Assembly (NCBI GenBank): GCA_965263355.1
Contig: CBDHHL010000032.1
Location: 96,001 to 160,000 of the forward strand
Length of the DNA: 64,000 nucleotides
Direction of reading: 5' to 3'
From: Leptolyngbyaceae cyanobacterium
GTDB lineage: Bacteria > Cyanobacteriota > Cyanobacteriia > Phormidesmidales > Phormidesmidaceae
Shown: one piece after another, positions 40,894 through 50,441 of the stretch
How positions within the stretch are numbered: position 1 is the stretch's first letter
Layout: each line of letters opens with the position of its first letter
Position numbers and translations under genes: made by a program
Notes under the pieces: generated by a model
Told to the model about the DNA's origin: nothing
The model's database searches: none
Seen by the model: the letters and a program-made list of their open reading frames with translations, nothing else

Positions 40894-41268
40894 CTAGTTC
40901 TCGTAATAGGTATGTCTTTTTAATTCACAAACATTGATGCCGTACTTTTCTAATTGGTCACCATCGGCAAAGACCGCCAAAAAATCGTAAAAACAGCCCC
41001 GATTGCCAGGAAGAGTGATAATCGTCCAATCTCCATGGGCCTGAACTGTCTTATCCCCTAAAATGTTTGCTTCCCAATCTGTAGCTGTTTGAGGAGATGC
41101 ATAAAACTCCAACATGTCAACAGATGTGTCGTTTGTCAGGGTAAAGGTATATTCAGATTGAGGTGTCTCGGTTACAGTATCTTCTGCTAAAACAGGTTTG
41201 ACTATTGACAGACCAGCCAACAGGACCAACGGACCAGTCAGAGTGTTTACATAACGGGCAAAGGACAT
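40894..41268 (-). CDS. Small secreted hypothetical protein with Cys pair
   Basis: Signal peptide; FTLTN..FYASP..WEANILG..CFYD..F.DG..INVC. Confidence 0.75.
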   Translation of the reverse strand: MSFARYVNTLTGPLVLLAGLSIVKPVLAEDTVTETPQSEYTFTLTNDTSVDMLEFYASPQTATDWEANILGDKTVQAHGDWTIITLPGNRGCFYDFLAVFADGDQLEKYGINVCELKRHTYYEN

Positions 41269-41930
41269 GGCTGGCAATAAGGCAAAGCCTTTACAAGGAA
41301 AAATCGTAATAGCGTCAGAGAAACGAAGCGAACTGGCGATAGATTCAACTAGCCCAAACGTTTAGTCAAGTAGCATTCTGGGTAACATACCATCGACTCA
41401 GCTACTTTGCTGCATTACTAAATGCCCCTTTGCCAAAGCTTAAAGTAAGGGAGCTGCATGAAAATAACTTCCTTGGTGAATATGGACATGGGCAGTGAGC
41501 AATGGGGCGTGGTAAATATAGGCAGCTTGCCTTAAGGGGGTTGAAGGGTACACATTGGTGCTCTGTGACAATCATAGAATCGTCACATGGCTGCTATGGC
41601 TTGTTTTTATAACCTATTCTTATGATTAGGCTGTGATAATAAGCAATGGATCAGCCTGAACCATAGATATTTATAAGTTATACCTATGGCAGGATTTAAG
41701 GTGATCCTGTGTACGATAGTTCTCTCGGTTTATTGCTACTCTGTTAGGGGAATCAAGTCCATGTTTAGAGATCAGGTTTTTCCGATGAAGAATTTGCAGA
41801 TTTCAACCTGGACTTGGCTTAAATCTCTATACCTTTTGCTTACGTTAGGCGCTTAAACTTGCACATTCCACAAATATGTGCATAGCTTCAGAAAATTGGC
41901 CGGTCTTTCTAACCAAATACCCATTCCGTC

Positions 41931-43298
41931 ATGACTGCTTTTGACAAGACATCTATTCAAACGACTCAGAAATCGTTATTTCAAGCGTCGCAGCTATTCA
42001 GACTAAGTGCCTTTGCTCAAGTTAGCACCGTTGCCGTAATGGGGTTGTTTAGTACTCAGGCTGTTTTAGCGCAGACTGAGACTGGCGCAAACGAGTTAGC
42101 CATACCTCAATCAACTTTTGAGATACCAACAGCGCAACCTGCTGCTGCTCCTGTTGTTCCCGTTACGCCTGCTCCTGCTGTCCCTGTTACGCCTGCTCCT
42201 GCTGTCCCTGCTCCTGTTCCTCAAGTTGTAGAGCCAGTTACCCCCATTAGCATTGAGCCGAGCGTGCCAAGCTCCCTTGAGACTACTTCAGTTGAATCTG
42301 AGGCCGTTGACTATGGCACCGTGTTTATTCAACCTGATGAGTTGCCTAACGCTACAACATTAGAGTCGCTACTTGACGATAGTCAGTCCAGCGAGATCCC
42401 TGACGTGGATGTCATTTTACCCACTGATTATAGTACAGGTTTAATCGACACCACAGATTACAGTGTTGGGGCCACAATGCCGGACGTTGTTATTTCAGAA
42501 CGCTCTAGTGGGTGTGAGTTTTCTGTGAATGCTGGGACGCAAATTACCAATGCTGCCTGTAGGCAGGTGGAGCGGTTAACTGGTGCGATCGCAAACCGCA
42601 TACAACCTACTCAAGCTGGCGTTAGCACTGTAAATCCCATCAATATCCCAGGCATACAAATTTCTGGAGCAACAACGGCAGCCAGTCGTGACTATTACAA
42701 CCAAGCTGCCAAGTCAGTGATTGAACTGCAGCTAGGCGAGAAATTTATCTTTCCCCTGGCGATGCCTGCCCCATTGACCTCCCTATTTGGCTGGCGGATA
42801 CATCCAATTTTTGGTGCCCGGCGTTTTCATTCAGGCACTGATGTCGGCGCACCGCTGGGGACTTCTGTGGTAGCTACCCAGTCGGGTCGAGTTACGCTGT
42901 CTGACTATGCTGGTGGTTATGGCCTAATGGTGGTGTTGCGTCATAGTAATGACACCTTAGAAAGCCGCTACGCCCACCTATCGCGCCTATTGGTGCAGGT
43001 CGGTGAATGGGTTGAGCAGGGTGAGGTAATCGGGTTAGTCGGCAGCACGGGTAACTCCACTGGTCCCCATCTTCATTTTGAGCTACGCCAGCTGACAGAC
43101 AATGGTTGGGTTGTGCTCAATCCAGACTCGCTATTAAGGCAGACCCTGGGTACATTGGTACAGGCTTTAGGCAATTCTCTGGTTGCCCTATCAGATACCG
43201 CCAAACTGGAGACATCGAGTGCACCAGATGCGTTGGATGAAGAGCCTTTGGCCATAGACGGTCTACCATTTCGTCCAGCTCAACCCCACGCTAATTGA
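41931..43298 (+). CDS. M23-family metallopeptidase with Pro-rich N-terminal region
   Basis: FGWRIHPI..FHSGTD, YAHL, GNSTGPHLHFE zinc motifs. Confidence 0.92.
   Translation: MTAFDKTSIQTTQKSLFQASQLFRLSAFAQVSTVAVMGLFSTQAVLAQTETGANELAIPQSTFEIPTAQPAAAPVVPVTPAPAVPVTPAPAVPAPVPQVVEPVTPISIEPSVPSSLETTSVESEAVDYGTVFIQPDELPNATTLESLLDDSQSSEIPDVDVILPTDYSTGLIDTTDYSVGATMPDVVISERSSGCEFSVNAGTQITNAACRQVERLTGAIANRIQPTQAGVSTVNPINIPGIQISGATTAASRDYYNQAAKSVIELQLGEKFIFPLAMPAPLTSLFGWRIHPIFGARRFHSGTDVGAPLGTSVVATQSGRVTLSDYAGGYGLMVVLRHSNDTLESRYAHLSRLLVQVGEWVEQGEVIGLVGSTGNSTGPHLHFELRQLTDNGWVVLNPDSLLRQTLGTLVQALGNSLVALSDTAKLETSSAPDALDEEPLAIDGLPFRPAQPHAN
42159..42206 (+). repeat. In-frame 24-bp tandem repeat (PVTPAPAV x2) in the M23 peptidase linker
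   Basis: gttacgcctgctcctgctgtcc repeated at a 24-bp period. Confidence 0.85.
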
Positions 43299-43336
43299 GC
43301 CTGACTACAGGCAGTAGGCCATTTTTATGAAGACAG

Positions 43337-43375
43337 AATCGGTCAGGGTAAGCATGCCAACCCTGACCGATTTTA
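43337..43375. terminator. Hairpin terminator between convergent genes
   Basis: aatcggtcaggg...ccctgaccgatt followed by a T-run. Confidence 0.7.
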
Positions 43376-43428
43376 TTATTTTTCACCTATTTTTTACGCT
43401 CTTTGGGCCTATGCTGCCAACAGCCACC

Positions 43429-43836
43429 TCAGAATACGAATATATCGCCATTGGGTTTAATGGTGATATTGCTAATATCTGTTCCCAAGTTAGTGGTTGG
43501 ACGAAGCACAATATCTAGGCTTCCAGTAGCTGCATTAAGTTGTAATTCAGCTTGCAATAAGCCTTCTCCTGCCTGTCTATTTTTCTGAATATTCTGATCA
43601 AAGAATGTCAATGTAGTCGGCCTATTCAAGTTTTGCAACACCACATCATCCCCAGACGTTAGACTGCGGGGCTGGGTATCTCCAAGCGCTTCGTAGGTGA
43701 TAGGGGCCATTGTTTGATTACTCAGAAGGGAAGCTATACACCCGATGCCCTGAGTTATCCCAATGTGCTGAATGATTCCTGTGATATGGCGCATTACAAG
43801 GGAAGTTTTCGATGGGAGAAGTCTCAGCGAACCCAT
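43429..43836 (-). pseudogene. Probable 5'-truncated cyanobacterial hypothetical protein
   Basis: The C-terminal part (ITYEALGDTQPRSL..LQNL..PTTLTF..LDIVL) looks like a genuine beta-rich domain; the N-terminal ~40 aa look non-native with no signal peptide. Confidence 0.45.
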
Positions 43837-43984
43837 GTAAGTTTGTCATTGATTTCTAAGCAACCATTAAACCTTCGACCATGGACACTAGCTAAAGTAG
43901 TAGTCGTAAAGGATAAGACGTTAAACACATCGTTTTCTTCTTTTACTGTTGATAGTCAATCTAAATTCTTTGAGGTAATCCACC

Positions 43985-44164
43985 ATGTCAGAAGAAACTA
44001 AGAACATCCAGGCAGACGAGCAGATTTCGGATGAGCAGCTAACAGAAGTCTCTGGTGGCAACAGTGTTCACAAGACTCGTTTGGAGCATCTAGATAATCA
44101 GACTAAGAGTGTTAAGGATATTCAAGAGACTCGCTTAGAGCACTTGGATAACCAAACTAAGTAA
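43985..44164 (+). CDS. 59-aa double-glycine-leader peptide (RiPP/bacteriocin-type precursor) with duplicated core
   Basis: Missed by the ORF track. GAGGT RBS at 43972; MSEETKNIQADEQISDEQLTEVSGG|NSVHK-TRLEHLDNQTK-SVKDIQE-TRLEHLDNQTK*; two downstream hairpins. Confidence 0.85.
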   Translation: MSEETKNIQADEQISDEQLTEVSGGNSVHKTRLEHLDNQTKSVKDIQETRLEHLDNQTK

Positions 44165-44240
44165 TCTTTGCTTGGCCTATTCAATTAATTTGTTGTATTG
44201 AATGGGCCTGGTATTGTTATCCAAATGATTACTGTTTTTT

Positions 44241-44279
44241 GAGCCTCTAACTCTGGGAGTTTAGAGGCTTTATTTTTTG
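44241..44279. terminator. Bidirectional terminator hairpin
   Basis: gagcctctaactc..gagtttagaggct followed by a T-run; a second hairpin ggcctattcaat..attgaatgggcc lies at ~44175-44208. Confidence 0.65.
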
Positions 44280-44284
44280 TTCTA

Positions 44285-45043
44285 TTAGCCCAAGATATCG
44301 AACAACAATTTTGAGGCCATTAAAAAGCAAACTACAGCAACAACTGGGCGAATTAAGGCTGCACCTTTGGCTAAAACGATCCTAGCGCCAATGGAGGAAC
44401 CGATCACTTGGCCCACCAGCATGACTAACCCCACGTTCCAATAGACATCGCCAAAGGCAAGAAAGTACATCAGCGACGATACATTACTGGTGCAGTTGAG
44501 AATCTTAGTATGGGCCGTTGCTTTAGTGAGGTTATAGCCCCGTAAACTGACCAACGATAGAGCCATAAACATGCCGGTACCGGGGCCAAAAAAGCCATCG
44601 TAGAAACCGAGCAACGGTGCAATTAGTAATGAAAATGGGTTGTGAGTTATACGTTGCTGTTGGTCAGTGATGCCCAGCTGAGGCGACAGGGCAAAGTAGA
44701 CTCCCATACTAATAAGTAAGAAAGGAATAACTGCTTTGAGAATGGTGCTTTCTATTTGTAGTACAAGCCAGACACCAAATACGGCCCCTAAAAAGGTCAT
44801 CAAAACTGTTAGTTTTATAGCTTGCAGACGAACAATCTGTTGGCGCAGAAAATAAATAGATGCGACTAATGTGCCACCACTGCCTTGCAGTTTATTAGTG
44901 GCCAGAGCCACTGTCGGAGGCATACCCACCATCAACATTATTGGCAGTACAATCAGTCCGCCGCCACCGGCAATGGTATCAACACAACCTGCCACCATCG
45001 CCACTACAAACAGTAGTGCTACCGTATCGATGCTTAAATGCAT
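44285..45043 (-). CDS. TSUP/TauE-SafE family transporter (YfcA-like)
   Basis: AGCVDTIAGGGGLI, ALATNKLQ, GFYDGFFGPGTG. Confidence 0.92.
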   Translation of the reverse strand: MHLSIDTVALLFVVAMVAGCVDTIAGGGGLIVLPIMLMVGMPPTVALATNKLQGSGGTLVASIYFLRQQIVRLQAIKLTVLMTFLGAVFGVWLVLQIESTILKAVIPFLLISMGVYFALSPQLGITDQQQRITHNPFSLLIAPLLGFYDGFFGPGTGMFMALSLVSLRGYNLTKATAHTKILNCTSNVSSLMYFLAFGDVYWNVGLVMLVGQVIGSSIGARIVLAKGAALIRPVVAVVCFLMASKLLFDILG

Positions 45044-45158
45044 GTTGCCCTCGGAAAATTAACCTAACTCCAGGCAACCTACCATGTAGAAAATCTTTAC
45101 TGAAGTTTATCTGGCTATCCACAGAGGCTGAGCAATTTTTTACTAAAACTGAGCAATT

Positions 45159-45296
45159 GGGACTGGTTCCGCCTGATGGGATGATTCAGCCAAAATGCTT
45201 GTAATGCAAGGGATACAGACGTTTTAGAAGAAGCTCGCTAAAATCGTTACTCTATAGGCCTTTCAGGCATTTTTCCCATTATACGGAACCAGTGCC
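45159..45296. mobile_element. 138-bp MITE with terminal inverted repeats and perfect 8-bp target-site duplication
   Basis: TIR gggactggttccgcctgatggga vs reverse complement ggcactggttccgtataatggga; flanked by gagcaatt at 45151-45158 and 45297-45304. Confidence 0.9.
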
Positions 45297-45441
45297 GAGC
45301 AATTGGATTCAAGAATTATTTTAGCGATTGCTTAATAGTAGTGATGGCGACAAACCTAATTCGTTCCACCGACCTATTCTAGTCAAAGGGGCAGGGGCAG
45401 GGGCTTCAGCAGAATAGGCTAACGGGCCATAAAACAAACTC

Positions 45442-46326
45442 CTAGCGACTAAATAACAGCCATATGCCAATCAGGGCGACGATGGCTCCGCAGGTGGCTC
45501 GAAAGGTAATGCGCTCGCCAATCATCAGGGCCATGGGGAGAACCATGATGGGGCTAGTGGCCAGGAGTGATTGGGCGATGCCAGCAGGAGAATATTTTAG
45601 GGCGATTTGCTGTAGCCAGATGGCCAGATAAGTGCCAAAAAAGGCTGCGATCGCAACTCCCCCCAATAATCGACCAGACGGACGTATAAACATCTGTTCT
45701 TTTCTACGCCACAACAACAACCCACCAATACACACGAGTCCTGCTGAGAGTCTAAGCAAACTACTCCATAACGGATCAACAATAGTGTCTGCCAACGCCG
45801 CCCGCGACAGCACACTGCCAATGGACTGGCCGAGGGCGGCCATGATGCCAAAAAAGATCCCCTTAGTTAAAGCCGCGTTTGACTTAACACTACTCACCGT
45901 AGGACTACGCTCACTCACCACCCAGATAATGCCTGCCAGTGTGAGCGCCATCCCGCTCCAGGCTAAAACCGGCAGTTGCTCCTGCAAAAAAACTAGGGAC
46001 ATCAAAGCCGCCATCGGTGGTGCCAGCATTTCCAGCAATAATGCCTGGCGTGCCCCCAAGGTATTTACCGTCGCAAAGTAAGCCGTATCCCCCAGCCCAA
46101 TGCCCACCACACCGCTAATCAACAGCAGCCATACCGAACCCATTGGCAATGACGACATTAACTGTTGCCGCACCGCCAACGTCAGCACGATAAACCCAAT
46201 CGCCATTGCCCCCTTGATCAAGTTCAGCACCAATGGCGACAGCTGTTTTCCTAATCGACCAAACATCAATGTGGCAAATGCCCACAGCCCTGCTGCACTC
46301 AGCGCTGCAATTTCCCCTTGAAACAT
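45442..46326 (-). CDS. DMT/EamA-family transporter
   Basis: Two EamA repeats, ~10 TM segments; SGVVGIGLGDTAYF. Confidence 0.9.
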   Translation of the reverse strand: MFQGEIAALSAAGLWAFATLMFGRLGKQLSPLVLNLIKGAMAIGFIVLTLAVRQQLMSSLPMGSVWLLLISGVVGIGLGDTAYFATVNTLGARQALLLEMLAPPMAALMSLVFLQEQLPVLAWSGMALTLAGIIWVVSERSPTVSSVKSNAALTKGIFFGIMAALGQSIGSVLSRAALADTIVDPLWSSLLRLSAGLVCIGGLLLWRRKEQMFIRPSGRLLGGVAIAAFFGTYLAIWLQQIALKYSPAGIAQSLLATSPIMVLPMALMIGERITFRATCGAIVALIGIWLLFSR

Positions 46327-46430
46327 GTTTACTATGTAAGTACTGGAGTCAGCGTAAGCCGTGAAGGGGGGAGTGGTGAAGGGTGAAGGTTGAATCGTGG
46401 TTGTAAATCTTGCATAGAGAATCGTTCAGT

Positions 46431-47534
46431 ATGTCAGTATCCGTAAAATCAGACCAAGTATCCCATCAATCACCAATCACCAATCACCAATCACTTCCCC
46501 CTAACCTGAAATTCCGCCTCGCCACCCCCTTAAAGATCGGTACTATCGCAGTTTACAGCCGAGTATTGCAATCACCTTTGTCTGGAGTGACCGATCTAGT
46601 TTTTCGTCGATTGGTACGTCGTTACGCGCCCCAGTCAATGATGTATACCGAAATGGTGAGTGCAGCTGAGCTACATCATGTGCGCAAGCTACCAAAGGTG
46701 ATGGAGGTGGATCCGGATGAACGGCCCATCAGTATTCAATTATTTGACCGCAGACCTGAGTTTCTGGCAGAAGCAGCGCAAAAAGCCGTTGATCAGGGGG
46801 CGGACACTATTGATATCAATATGGGGTGCCCCGTTAATAAAATTACGAAGAATGGCGGTGGCTCATCGCTGTTGCGGGACCCTGATACGGCTGCCCGCAT
46901 AATTGAAACCGTCAGCGCTGCTGTCCCTGTCCCTGTGACGGCGAAGACTCGTATTGGCTGGTCTGAGGACAATATTAATGCGGTAGAGTTTGCTCGTCGG
47001 CTTGAATCGGCTGGCGCTCAAATGCTGACGCTCCATGGTCGCACCCGTTCCCAAGGCTACAACGGGACTGCTGACTGGAGTTGGATTGCCAAAGTCAAAC
47101 AGGCCCTGTCAATTCCAGTGATTGCCAATGGCGATATTTTTTCAGTCGATGCGGCCATTGATTGCTTAGAGCAAACCCAGGCCGATGGGGTGATGTGCTC
47201 CCGTGGCACCCTGGGGTATCCCTTTCTAGTAGGCGAAATTGATCACTTTCTTAAGACAGGCGAGCGGCAGAAGCCACCCACAGTTATCGAGCGTCTACGA
47301 TGCGCCCAGGAACACTTAATTATGCTGGCTGATTACAAAGGAAAAAGCGGGATTCGTCAGGCCCGTAAGCATATGGCCTGGTATGCAAAGGGCTTTGACG
47401 GAGCAGCAGAGCTACGTGATCAGCTATGCCGAATCGAATCCGTAGAGGAAGGGTGTGGACTATTAGACGAGGCGATTACGGTAATCTCCCTAGAACTTTG
47501 CCACCATAGCCACCTAAAGACCGCTATAGTATAA
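46431..47534 (+). CDS. dusB: tRNA-dihydrouridine synthase DusB
   Basis: QSPLSGVTD, IDINMGCP, TLHGRT, IANGDI motifs. Confidence 0.93.
   Translation: MSVSVKSDQVSHQSPITNHQSLPPNLKFRLATPLKIGTIAVYSRVLQSPLSGVTDLVFRRLVRRYAPQSMMYTEMVSAAELHHVRKLPKVMEVDPDERPISIQLFDRRPEFLAEAAQKAVDQGADTIDINMGCPVNKITKNGGGSSLLRDPDTAARIIETVSAAVPVPVTAKTRIGWSEDNINAVEFARRLESAGAQMLTLHGRTRSQGYNGTADWSWIAKVKQALSIPVIANGDIFSVDAAIDCLEQTQADGVMCSRGTLGYPFLVGEIDHFLKTGERQKPPTVIERLRCAQEHLIMLADYKGKSGIRQARKHMAWYAKGFDGAAELRDQLCRIESVEEGCGLLDEAITVISLELCHHSHLKTAIV
46462..46494 (+). repeat. Heptamer tandem repeat (CAATCAC-type, STRR-like) in the 5' end of dusB
   Basis: cccatcaatcaccaatcaccaatcaccaatcac. Confidence 0.75.
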
Positions 47535-47567
47535 GCATTTTCAACGCGTTTCCGGGCCAATATCAGC

Positions 47568-48215
47568 ATGTCTTACGCCACCTACAGTTCCAGAGCAGAT
47601 ATGGGCGAACTTCGCCGTTTACGTAGTCTGCTACCCCCAGAACTGCAAAGCTGGGTTACGGTAGAACCCGCTATGGATGTAGGGCCACCGCTGATTACGT
47701 CTGAAGAACTGGGCAAGGATCAAGTCGAAGTTCAGATTGATCTGCCAAAATGGGAGCAGTTGGCCATTGACCAGCGCAATTTATTGTTCTGGCACGAAGT
47801 TGCGCGGGTGCAAAACGATACGATTCCGCGTGATGGTTGGGAAATGGCTGCCCTGGCCATTGGTCTTGGAGGTGCCGTGGGAGAACTCTGGGTCCAGGAT
47901 GGTTTACTCCTGATGTTAGCCTTAGGACTCTGTGGTATTTCCGGTTGGCGTCTATATAAGCGTAATAACGCTGAAAAAACCTTAAAAGAGGCGATGGATG
48001 CTGACGAGAAAGCCATTGCCCTAGCGACTCGATTTGGTTATTCGTTACCCAATGCCTACAAGAGTCTGGGTAGCGCCCTAAAAACCCTGATTGAGCAAAC
48101 GCCTAAGAAAAAGCAACGCGATCGCTATGTTAAGCGTTTAGAAGCGTTGAAACGTAGCGCTAATCGAGCTAAGGATCGAATTCGCTCGGATCGTGATGCG
48201 TCACGGGCTTACTAA
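47568..48215 (+). CDS. DUF3318-family protein
   Basis: ELRRLRSLLPPELQSWV..QRNLLFWHEV..GWEMAALAIGLGG, a conserved cyanobacterial family. Confidence 0.85.
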   Translation: MSYATYSSRADMGELRRLRSLLPPELQSWVTVEPAMDVGPPLITSEELGKDQVEVQIDLPKWEQLAIDQRNLLFWHEVARVQNDTIPRDGWEMAALAIGLGGAVGELWVQDGLLLMLALGLCGISGWRLYKRNNAEKTLKEAMDADEKAIALATRFGYSLPNAYKSLGSALKTLIEQTPKKKQRDRYVKRLEALKRSANRAKDRIRSDRDASRAY

Positions 48216-49154
48216 ACAATGTCAATTTGTAGCTTGTCGATTCTTCTACAGAAAAACCAAGTTCTGGACGTGCTCAGCATTGAGCTTATCAACTTTTTGC
48301 AAAAAGACTCGAAACTGTTTCTATTTTTACAGAACTGAGGGTAAGTAGGCGCATCTAACTGGGAATAAGTATGCCTGTAGCTTACTTTGTCTTACGGATT
48401 AAGTTACATTCGAGGAATTTTGTAAAGAATTTATCTAAAACCTGTTTGCTTTCGCCTAAATATCATAAAGATTTTCTCAACTCAGTCGAGCAGAGGTTTG
48501 GAGCGTTTACTATGTAAGGTAACTGTTTACCCTACGTTAATGTGCTGCCTGTAAAAGCCTGATGGTAAGCTATCTGGCTAAGATAAGGTTCCTGAAAATA
48601 TATCGTGACAGTTAAAGAACATGTAAAGCGGACGTTTAAAAGTTAGTTGAGTCGCTTGGGTAATTGAGAAACATCAAGTGTTTATCTAGAGTTGAGTAAA
48701 TATGTAAGAAATGTTGGTCTTTAAAGAAATAGCTGATGTTTCGGTTGTTATCCTTTCGACCATATGTTTTTTTCTATATCCAAAACTCTAGTCCATAACA
48801 GCTTGAGTCATTGTTTTTGTTGTATAAAGCGAGCCAGTTTCTGTTGATTCAGTATTATCAATTAAACAGTTTTTTGCTAGGTTTTTATACTTGCCTTAGC
48901 AAATGTTTGTCAGATAAAACCCTTGGATTTTTTGAACGCTGTTTTGGGAACCCTTGGTTTAACTGCTTGTATCTTCAGAAAAGTGCCATTTAGTTTGTCG
49001 TATTTGCGAAAGACATATCAGGCATTTTGTAGGACTGTATTATTGGAGCTTAGGAAAATTCCTTTAGCTTCAGAATTCGGTCTCTTGGTTTTTAGCCCTG
49101 CTCGCGCTTGTTGCTAATTTATTGACCGCGACATCAGTAGTCAGAGCGATTCTC

Positions 49155-50417
49155 ATGCGTATACTCATTTATTCGTACAATTATCATCCTGAGCCTATCG
49201 GTATTGCCCCTTTGATGACCGAGTTAGCTGAAGGGTTAGTGACTAAGGGGCATGAGGTAAGGGTGGTAACGGCTATGCCGAATTACCCTCAACGTAGAAT
49301 TTATCCTGACTATCGTGGTCAACTTTACTGCCAGGAAGAGCGTAACGGTGTTATTATCCAGCGCTGCTACGTTGCTATCCATCCCAATCCTGGTGTGATT
49401 ACTCGCATATTGTTGGATGGCAGTTTTGCATTATTTAGCTTTTTTCATGCCCTGAAGGGATGGCGACCGGACGTTATTTTATCTACTAGTCCATCTTTGC
49501 CAGCCTGTATCCCTGTGGCATTGTTGAAGTTGCTTTACGGATGTCCTACGGTGCTTAGTTTACAGGACATTTTGCCGGAGGCAGCTGTGCGTACAGGTCT
49601 AATTAGTAATCGACTAGCTATTCGCATTTTTGAGGTGCTCGAAAAATTTGCCTATGCCAGTGCAACGCGCATCGGTGTGATTACGGACAGCTTTGCCAGG
49701 AATCTTGTCAGCAAAGGTGTGCCGAGTGGCAAGCTTAAGCGAATCCCAAATTGGGTTGACACCAACTTTATTCGTCCTTTGCCTAAGTACGACAATCAGT
49801 TTCGCCAGAAACATGGTCTGCAAGATAAGTTTATTGTTCTTTATTCAGGAAATATTGCCCGTACCCAGGGGGTGAGAACCATTATTCATGCAGCCGATGC
49901 TCTGCGACATGTCCCTGGCATTGAGTTTGTGATTGTGGGTGAAGAGCGCCAGTTAGGCGATTTACGGGACCTGCGTGATGAGTTAGGCGTTACCAACGTT
50001 ACCCTTTTACCCTTTGCACCGCGTAAAGAGTTGCCAACTATGTTAGCGGCGGCTGATGTATCGCTAATTATGCAAAAGGCAAGTGTTGTGGGCTTTAATA
50101 TGCCCTCTAAGACGATGGTGCTGTTGGCGAGTGGTCGTCCCATTATTGCCTCTGTACCTGATGGTGGAGCGGCTGCCCAAGCTGTGCGAGATAGTGGCGG
50201 TGGTTTAGTGATAGAACCTGAAAAGCCCAAAGCATTAGCTCGGGCTATTCAAACGCTTTACAGCGATCCTGACCAGATGAAACAGCTGGGTAAACGGGGC
50301 CGTAGTTTTGCTATCTCAAATTATTCCTTTGAGCAATCCCTTGAGGGATATGAATCTCTACTAGCTAGTCTAGTTAATAAGGCCAGCACTGCTACACCGA
50401 TTAACCCTACAGCTTAA
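49155..50417 (+). CDS. WcaI-like glycosyltransferase family 4
   Basis: MRILIYSYNYHPEPIGIAPLMTELAEGL; PNWVD; MPSK..LLASGRPI. Confidence 0.92.
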   Translation: MRILIYSYNYHPEPIGIAPLMTELAEGLVTKGHEVRVVTAMPNYPQRRIYPDYRGQLYCQEERNGVIIQRCYVAIHPNPGVITRILLDGSFALFSFFHALKGWRPDVILSTSPSLPACIPVALLKLLYGCPTVLSLQDILPEAAVRTGLISNRLAIRIFEVLEKFAYASATRIGVITDSFARNLVSKGVPSGKLKRIPNWVDTNFIRPLPKYDNQFRQKHGLQDKFIVLYSGNIARTQGVRTIIHAADALRHVPGIEFVIVGEERQLGDLRDLRDELGVTNVTLLPFAPRKELPTMLAAADVSLIMQKASVVGFNMPSKTMVLLASGRPIIASVPDGGAAAQAVRDSGGGLVIEPEKPKALARAIQTLYSDPDQMKQLGKRGRSFAISNYSFEQSLEGYESLLASLVNKASTATPINPTA

Positions 50418-50441
50418 TTGAGAGAATCTTGATTAGCTTGA

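Noticed and set aside
48811..49117. Two short ORFs upstream of the WcaI-like gene
   Set aside because: TTG starts, overlapping frames, random-looking composition.
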